Below are positions 57,946 through 64,000 of a DNA stretch of 64,000 nucleotides, piece after piece (position 1 is the first letter of the stretch; each line of letters opens with the position of its first letter). The stretch spans positions 512,001 through 576,000 of the forward strand of contig CAXXOA010000001.1 in assembly GCA_963666275.2 (NCBI GenBank). The letters are read 5' to 3'. The notes below the pieces were generated by a model. That model searched no databases. It had not been told where the DNA came from and was given only the letters and a program-made list of their open reading frames with translations. This DNA is from Oceanispirochaeta sp. Its GTDB lineage: Bacteria > Spirochaetota > Spirochaetia > DSM-2461. The translations under genes and the position numbers were made by a program.

Positions 57946-59260
57946 ACTCAAAGCCCTGGGACTCATTTTTCTTATTTTCTCAGGCCCACTTTCGGCGGCA
58001 CTGTCTTCCCAGGAGATCAGTCTGACCCTGGAAGAGGCCTGGAACCGGATGGCCGGGAGTAACGGGGAACTTATCAAACTGAGGACCGCCCTTGAAAGCG
58101 CCCGCCGGCAGGAGGACGCTCCGGATCAGTGGATCCCTTCCCTCAGCGCCGGTGCCTCCCTGTCCCGATCCTCCCCCCTTGTCAGCGCCTACACCCAGCC
58201 GGATCCACCCGAGAGGGAAGAGCAGGACAACTGGTCTGTCCGGGGATCCGTGGATATGCAGCTCAGACTCTCTCCGGGACTCTCTCTGATGGAAAAGCTG
58301 GAAGTGCTCAGAAGGCAGAATGCCGAACTGGCTCTCCGGGAGGAGATCGCCTCCCTCCGCTATGATCTGACGGTTTTATTTCATCAGATCCTGGCAGGAG
58401 ACAGACGGATTGCCTTTCAGGAGGAGAATGTGGCTCTGGCGGAAACCCGTCTGGGGCAGATTCAGCTCCAGTTTGACAGAGGGCTGCGGTCGGATCTGGA
58501 GCTGCTTTCCGCCAGGATTGCCGCGGCCGGAGGCGTTCCGGGGCTTATGAAAGAGCGCTCGGATCAGGAAAAAAGGTATATTACCCTCAAGCGCTATCTG
58601 GGACTGGAACAGGAGGTCTCTGTCCGTCTGGAATCGCCGCCGGAGGAGGTTTCCTCTGATCCTCCCCTGGAGGAACTTATGGCTTCTCTGGGACCGGATC
58701 CTTCTATTGTGGTCCTGCAGAATCAGCTTGAGATCAGCCGGATCAGTTACGATCTGGAAGGAAAGAGTCTCTATGGACCCACCCTGGGGATGAGTCTGGG
58801 CTGGTCCTCCAGTGTGAACCCGGCCTTCCGGGAGGAATCCTGGAGTTCTGAAGAGTGGAGTGACTCGCTGGGTCTGGGATTTTCCCTCTCCGTTCCTCTG
58901 GACGGGTACATTAAGGGCTCTTCCGGGCAGATGGACTTTCTGGATCGGGAGGATGCTGTCCGGACTGCCGAAATCAATCTGGAAACAGCCCGGCAGATAC
59001 GGCGGGACAATGTCCACACCCTGTACCTGGATATTCAGCTCAGCCGGGCCAATATCGATGTTGACAAGCTGAATGTGTCTCTTCTGGCGCAGACTCTTTC
59101 CAAGATGGAACTGAGCTACAGCGAAGGCCGGGCCTCTCTTTCCGAGCTGGAAGAGAGCCGGCAGGACTGGATGGAAGCTGTTCTGACCCTGGAGGATGAA
59201 CGGCTGAATCTGAAGCTGCTGGAGATTGAACTAGTGTATTATATAAATCCATATATCTGA
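57938..59260 (+). CDS. TolC-family outer membrane efflux protein
   Basis: Signal peptide, LTLEEAW, OEP repeats (FDRGLRSDLELL; YSEGRASLSELE). Confidence 0.85.
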   Translation: MNKLKALGLIFLIFSGPLSAALSSQEISLTLEEAWNRMAGSNGELIKLRTALESARRQEDAPDQWIPSLSAGASLSRSSPLVSAYTQPDPPEREEQDNWSVRGSVDMQLRLSPGLSLMEKLEVLRRQNAELALREEIASLRYDLTVLFHQILAGDRRIAFQEENVALAETRLGQIQLQFDRGLRSDLELLSARIAAAGGVPGLMKERSDQEKRYITLKRYLGLEQEVSVRLESPPEEVSSDPPLEELMASLGPDPSIVVLQNQLEISRISYDLEGKSLYGPTLGMSLGWSSSVNPAFREESWSSEEWSDSLGLGFSLSVPLDGYIKGSSGQMDFLDREDAVRTAEINLETARQIRRDNVHTLYLDIQLSRANIDVDKLNVSLLAQTLSKMELSYSEGRASLSELEESRQDWMEAVLTLEDERLNLKLLEIELVYYINPYI

Positions 59261-59295
59261 ATAAAATAAACCATTCTCTGATTCGCCTTTCTACC

Positions 59296-59327
59296 CATTT
59301 ACGCCTCTGATTTCAGGGGTGTAAATG
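59296..59327 (+). terminator. Stem-loop after the efflux operon
   Basis: CATTTACGCCTCTGA-TT-TCAGGGGTGTAAATG. Confidence 0.65.
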
Positions 59328-59365
59328 TCATATAAATATTTCCTCAGCTTTTAGGGATTTTTTTA

Positions 59366-59396
59366 GTCAACAAAATTGTTCAACAAAAATGTTGAC
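59366..59396. promoter_or_regulatory. Nested palindrome overlapping the -35 box of the tct operon (GntR-type operator candidate)
   Basis: GTCAACA-AAA-TTGTTCAACAA-AAA-TGTTGAC; TTGACA at 59392. Confidence 0.65.
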
Positions 59397-59457
59397 AGAT
59401 AATGTACAGCATTGCTAATATGTTTAAAGTTCACATTAACAACGAAAGGAGTGATAT

Positions 59458-60444
59458 ATGAAAATCATGCGAAAAATCCCTTTAATGCTGGGGATTGTAT
59501 TTTTCTTTTATACAGCCATTGGCTTTGCAGAAGGACAGTCTGAGTCTTCGAAACCTTATCCTTCAAAGAAGATTACTTTTCTTGTACCGGCTAATCCCGG
59601 CGGGGGATGGGATCTGACTTCCCGGGCGATGAAAAAAGTTCTTGAAGAAACCGGACTTGTTGATCAGCCCATTGTCATTGTCAATAAACCGGGGGGAAGC
59701 GGGGAAATCGCATGGCAGTTTCTGAAAAATCAGGACAGCTATACACTTTCTATCAATTCCGCTCTGATTCTCAATAACAATACTCTGGGAGTGAGCGAGT
59801 TAACATACAATGATTTTACCCCCCTGGCTACGATTTCAGCCGGATGGGAAGCTCTGGTCGTCCCTGTAGATTCTCCTTATCAGACTGCTGAAGATTTTAT
59901 GGCTCAACTGAAGAATGATCCTGAATCTCTGAAAATTGGTGTTTTCGGATTAGGAAACAATGCCCATCTGATGTTTGTAAAGGCAGCTATGCAATATGGA
60001 GTGGATATTTCAAAAATTCAGTATCTCGTAGAAAAAAGCGGCGCCAACATTGTAACTCAGCTTGCGGGGAATCATATGCAGGGAGCAACCATGTATGCGG
60101 CCGAAGCCACTGAGCTGTACAAAGCCGGTAAGGTAAAAATTCTTGCTGTGGCCAGTGAAGAACGTATGGAAGATATTCCGGAAGTTCCCACATGGAAAGA
60201 ACTGGGCGGGGCTTCAGTTGCCCAGTGGAGAGGATTCATGGGGCCCCCGAATATGACAGAAGAAGAAATAGCCTATTGGGATGGTATTTTTGCTGAAGTG
60301 GTAAAAACACCTGAGTGGAAGGCTGTGCTGAAGCAGAATCAGTGGTCTGACTATTACAAGAATAGTGTCGATACTGCTGTTTTACTGGAAGAAAACAACT
60401 TGATCTATAAAGAGTTGATTGAAGCAACTGGATTGAAAAAATAA
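59458..60444 (+). CDS. tctC: Tripartite tricarboxylate transporter substrate-binding protein
   Basis: VPANPGGGWD, VNKPGGSG, PEVPTWKELG, WRGFMGP. Confidence 0.93.
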   Translation: MKIMRKIPLMLGIVFFFYTAIGFAEGQSESSKPYPSKKITFLVPANPGGGWDLTSRAMKKVLEETGLVDQPIVIVNKPGGSGEIAWQFLKNQDSYTLSINSALILNNNTLGVSELTYNDFTPLATISAGWEALVVPVDSPYQTAEDFMAQLKNDPESLKIGVFGLGNNAHLMFVKAAMQYGVDISKIQYLVEKSGANIVTQLAGNHMQGATMYAAEATELYKAGKVKILAVASEERMEDIPEVPTWKELGGASVAQWRGFMGPPNMTEEEIAYWDGIFAEVVKTPEWKAVLKQNQWSDYYKNSVDTAVLLEENNLIYKELIEATGLKK

Positions 60445-60506
60445 GTGATCCCTGAGGTTCTGTTTTCAGAACCTCAAGGATTGGGTTCGATAGACGGAGG
60501 TTGTAT

Positions 60507-60956
60507 ATGTTTTTTTCACGTTTGATAGTTCCGGTCAGTTTGAATCTTTTCAGTATCATTTTTTTGATTTCTTCGCTGAGAATAGATAAAGCACCCATGG
60601 GAAACCCAAATGCACCACTATATTTTCCAGTAATCATTGCCGCGGGTTTGTTTGTTTTAAGTTTAATTTATTTCTTCGAAGAGTTTAAAAAACGTGATGA
60701 GTCTTTAGATGTACTGAGAAAACTTAAGAGTGGAAGAACTCCAAAGTTATTATTCGGAACAATGCTGATCTGTGTAGTCTATTCTATTTTTTTTGAAATA
60801 GTTGGGTTTCTTATATCCACCATTTTATTTTTATTTCTTGAATTATGTCTGGTCAATGGCATGAAACGTTGGAAAGTGAATATTCCAGTTGCAGTTATAT
60901 TTACAGTTGTGGTGTGGTTTGGTTTTTCAAGGCTGCTAGGTTTAAGTCTCCCTTGA
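60507..60956 (+). CDS. tctB: Tripartite tricarboxylate transporter small subunit
   Basis: 4-5 TM helices, P-x-YFP, GFLIST, F..LLGLSLP; GGAGG RBS. Confidence 0.9.
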   Translation: MFFSRLIVPVSLNLFSIIFLISSLRIDKAPMGNPNAPLYFPVIIAAGLFVLSLIYFFEEFKKRDESLDVLRKLKSGRTPKLLFGTMLICVVYSIFFEIVGFLISTILFLFLELCLVNGMKRWKVNIPVAVIFTVVVWFGFSRLLGLSLP

Positions 60957-61021
60957 ATTAAAACATTATCTAGTAGGACTTTATTTGAAATGAATATATT
61001 TTATAAAATAGGAGCCTATAA

Positions 61022-62560
61022 TTGGAACATTTAATTGCAATTGCCCAGGGGTTCTCAACGGTATTCCTGCCCGTTAACCTCATACTCATTGCATGTGGAG
61101 GTTTTTTAGGAACTGTTGTGGGAATGCTCCCCGGGCTTGGTCCCTCCACAGCAGTGGCAGTTCTTTTACCGGTTACATTCGGAATGGATGCCACTTCCGC
61201 TATGATTCTCTTGTCCACAGTATATTACGGCGCAATGTATGGTGGATCCCGCAGTTCTATCCTTTTAAATACGCCAGGAGATTCAGCAGCTATTGCAGCG
61301 ACATTTGACGGATATCCAATGACAAAAAACGGTCAGGCCGGACCCGCCCTTGCCATTTCCGCTCTGGCATCGCTTGTAGGTGGAACTATTGCGGTAATAG
61401 GATTTATCTTTCTTGCAAAACCTCTGGCCGGGTTTGCTTTGAAATTCGGCCCGACGGAATATTTCCTTTTGTATCTTTTTGCATTGTCAGCCGTTATTTC
61501 CCTTTCAACTGGGAAAATGGTCAAAGGCTTCATATCCATGTTTCTGGGGTTGGCAATCAGTACTATTGGAATTGATCTGCAAACTTCTGTTTATAGATTT
61601 ACATTCGGTATGCCTGAGTTCAGTAACGGTGTTCATTTTGTTGTAATCGTTATTGGAATTTATGCGGTGGGGGAAGTTCTCTTCAATTATCTTTCCATCG
61701 ATGTAAGCAAGAAGAAAAAAGAAAAAGGGAAGAGTAAAGACCTCGGCAGAATATGGGTTACAAAGGACCAGTGGAAACGATCAGTTAAACCCATTTTAAG
61801 AGGTGCTCCTCTTGGATTCCTTGTGGGGGTTTTACCAGGCGCTGGAGCCAGTATGGCATCTATTTTGGGATATTCTCTTGAAAAACAGGTCTCTAAAAAC
61901 CGTGATCAATTCGGCAAAGGAGCTATAGAAGGTTTGGCAGCTCCTGAATCGGCGAATAATGCAGCTTCGGTGGGAGCCTTTATCCCTATGCTGACAATGG
62001 GCATTCCCGGCTCTCCGGTAACCGCGGTAATGCTTGGTGCTCTCATCATGATCGGCGTCAGGCCGGGTCCGTTTCTATTTCAAAATAATCCTGAACTGGT
62101 CTGGTCTCTGGTTGACAGCATGTTTGTGGGAAATCTTTATCTTGTCGCCCTTAATATACTTCTTGTTGGTCTACTTGTTAAAATACTGGCAACTCCCTCC
62201 AAGATTCTTTATCCTGTGGTGCTCGCCCTGGCATTTGTCGGTACCTATACTTTGCAGTACAGCTCCCTGGATTTTTATATTGTCATCCTCTTCGGGTTCA
62301 TAGGTCTTTTTCTTAAGATGATTAAGTTTCCCATCGCACCGATGATTCTTTCCATGATTGTGGGGAAAGATATGGAGCAGTTTTTCAGAAAGGCGCTGGT
62401 CTTATCTGACGGGAGTTTAAAGGGATTCATCAGTTCTTCCATATCCTTAGTCCTTATTCTGCTTATTCTGCTCTCCGTTTTTTATCCTCTCATTATCGGA
62501 AAGATGGAGAAAAGAAAAAAAACTGAAAAAAAGGCAGATGTCAATAAACAAAATGCCTGA
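61022..62560 (+). CDS. tctA: Tripartite tricarboxylate transporter large subunit
   Basis: GMLPGLG, YGGSRSSILLNTPG, APESANNA, LTMGIPGS. Confidence 0.95.
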   Translation: MEHLIAIAQGFSTVFLPVNLILIACGGFLGTVVGMLPGLGPSTAVAVLLPVTFGMDATSAMILLSTVYYGAMYGGSRSSILLNTPGDSAAIAATFDGYPMTKNGQAGPALAISALASLVGGTIAVIGFIFLAKPLAGFALKFGPTEYFLLYLFALSAVISLSTGKMVKGFISMFLGLAISTIGIDLQTSVYRFTFGMPEFSNGVHFVVIVIGIYAVGEVLFNYLSIDVSKKKKEKGKSKDLGRIWVTKDQWKRSVKPILRGAPLGFLVGVLPGAGASMASILGYSLEKQVSKNRDQFGKGAIEGLAAPESANNAASVGAFIPMLTMGIPGSPVTAVMLGALIMIGVRPGPFLFQNNPELVWSLVDSMFVGNLYLVALNILLVGLLVKILATPSKILYPVVLALAFVGTYTLQYSSLDFYIVILFGFIGLFLKMIKFPIAPMILSMIVGKDMEQFFRKALVLSDGSLKGFISSSISLVLILLILLSVFYPLIIGKMEKRKKTEKKADVNKQNA

Positions 62561-62592
62561 ACTTGATAACTACTACTAAATAGGAGACTCGA

Positions 62593-63327
62593 ATGTCTGA
62601 AAATAAAACTGCGCTTGTCATGAGCGCCCATTCCGCCGATTTTGTCTGGCGGGCAGGAGGAGCCATCGCGCTCCATGCGAAACGGGGATACGATGTCACC
62701 GTGGTCTGTCTCAGCTACGGCGAGAGAGGCGAAAGTGCCAAATACTGGAAAAAAGAGGGGATGACTCTCGAAAAAGTGAAAACCGAGAGACGCAAAGAGT
62801 CGGAAGCTGCGGCTGAGGCCCTGAATGTCCATGATATCCAGTTCTTTGATCTGGGGGATTATCCCCTGGAAATGGATAAGGAGGCAAAATTCAGGCTGGT
62901 CGATGTGATCAGAAAGGTACAGCCGGATTTTATGATGAGCCACTCCTTTGTGGATCCCTATAACACGGATCATGCCTATGTTACTAAAACCCTACTGGAA
63001 TGTCGTATGATCGCCCAGGCCTGGGGACACAATCCGGGGGAGAAAGTGCTGGGAGCACCGCAGGTGTACCTTTTTGAACCCCACCAGACAGAGCAGATGC
63101 AGTGGAAGCCCGATGTTTTCCTGGATATCACTGAAGTGTGGGATCAGAAGCGTGCCGCCATCGAGTGCATGCAGGGCCAGGAACATCTCTGGAATTACTA
63201 TACCAATGCCGGAGAAAACAGGGCCAATCATTTCAGAAGGAATTCAGGCGGCCAGGCGGGAGGACGGAATGCTCTTTATGCAGAAGGGTTTCAATCCGTA
63301 TTTCCCAGGACTGTGGACATCCTGTAG
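62593..63327 (+). CDS. galB: 4-oxalomesaconate hydratase (PIG-L family)
   Basis: SAHSADFVWRAGGAIALH, GERGESAK, DPYNTDH, FEPHQ, GQEHLWNYY as recalled from Pseudomonas GalB. Confidence 0.85.
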   Translation: MSENKTALVMSAHSADFVWRAGGAIALHAKRGYDVTVVCLSYGERGESAKYWKKEGMTLEKVKTERRKESEAAAEALNVHDIQFFDLGDYPLEMDKEAKFRLVDVIRKVQPDFMMSHSFVDPYNTDHAYVTKTLLECRMIAQAWGHNPGEKVLGAPQVYLFEPHQTEQMQWKPDVFLDITEVWDQKRAAIECMQGQEHLWNYYTNAGENRANHFRRNSGGQAGGRNALYAEGFQSVFPRTVDIL

Positions 63328-63540
63328 GCAACGCTTATACGCCGTTTTCCCATTCGGGAATAGCGTTAATCTTTACAAACGGAGGTGATAGTGAAAGAAT
63401 AATTGATCTACAATGAAGTAATGCATATATGTCAATCAATGTAGATCATAGGCAAGCTTTATCTTTTATGATGAGCCCATTTCCAATTGAATTATTTTTA
63501 TGTGGAATTGATTTAACAGTAGGAATTTAAAGGAGCTAAT

Positions 63541-64000
63541 ATGAAAAGGAAATTGTCAGGTTTTATTTCGGTTGCTATATTTCTTGTTTCCATGAATTCT
63601 TTTGCCGAGGGAATGCAGGAACAGGGAAATGCCGGGGGAGACTACCCCAGAAGACCTATAGAAATTGTTGTACCCTTCGGTGCAGGAGGATCTTCCGATC
63701 TGATGTCCCGTCAGGTTGCGAAGATTATGGAAAATTATGTGGATGTTCCTGTGAATGTCATAAATAAACCCGGAGGCGGCGGAATTGACGGTATGGTTTA
63801 TGCAAAGAATACCCCTGCCGACGGATACACTATGCTTCAGGTTACACCCTCCCATGCCATTGCTACTGCACTGGGAAGACCCAATGCCAATCTGCTGGAA
63901 GATTTCGCTCCCATTGGCAATTTTCAGGTTGACATTGTCTGTTTCGGAGTTTCAAAAGACAGCCCTATCGAGAACCTGGAAGATATGATCGCCTATGCGA
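63541..64000 (+). CDS. tctC: Second TctC-family substrate-binding protein (truncated by the window end; not in the ORF track)
   Basis: AAGGAG RBS; MKRKLSG...YPRRPIEIVVPFGAGGSSD...NKPGGGG...PADGYT, open to the window end. Confidence 0.9.
   Translation, partial: MKRKLSGFISVAIFLVSMNSFAEGMQEQGNAGGDYPRRPIEIVVPFGAGGSSDLMSRQVAKIMENYVDVPVNVINKPGGGGIDGMVYAKNTPADGYTMLQVTPSHAIATALGRPNANLLEDFAPIGNFQVDIVCFGVSKDSPIENLEDMIAYA

Overview
A 64-kb bacterial chromosomal window, probably from a free-living Spirochaetia member. That is an inference from the 'FAxG(Q)xxD/E'-type solute-binding-protein leaders and a hairpin-less BesA-like efflux adaptor. The GC-richer backbone carries an amidohydrolase, a three-subunit NAD(P) transhydrogenase operon, two iron-dependent alcohol dehydrogenases, an acyl-CoA synthetase, two RND tripartite efflux systems, an OmpR-type two-component system, CvfB, a PAS-PP2C-HATPase / chemoreceptor-like / STAS signalling trio, recQ, a ROK-regulated sugar/polyol ABC locus and a TctCBA-galB locus. 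A visibly AT-rich accessory island (~26.0-44.55 kb) starts with an intact IS481-family element (26-bp IRs, 7-bp target duplication). It encodes a Thermotoga-type oxidative inositol pathway (iolN x2, iolO, uxaE) combined with an IolI-like isomerase, an SDR, a Zn-dehydrogenase, a sugar ABC transporter and two regulators whose candidate operators can be read directly from the DNA. The best leads are: (i) this hybrid cyclitol pathway, which has no iolG; (ii) the two iolN copies, a mosaic direct repeat differing almost only at synonymous sites and bracketing a LacI-controlled cassette; (iii) a partner-switching kinase/phosphatase-STAS module linked to a soluble degenerate MCP/CheZ-like protein; (iv) an RND pump lacking the canonical proton-relay residues, with a 6x23-bp tandem repeat inside its operon. 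No rRNA, tRNA or CRISPR array was seen. All homology calls come from motif recognition by eye, not from database searches.
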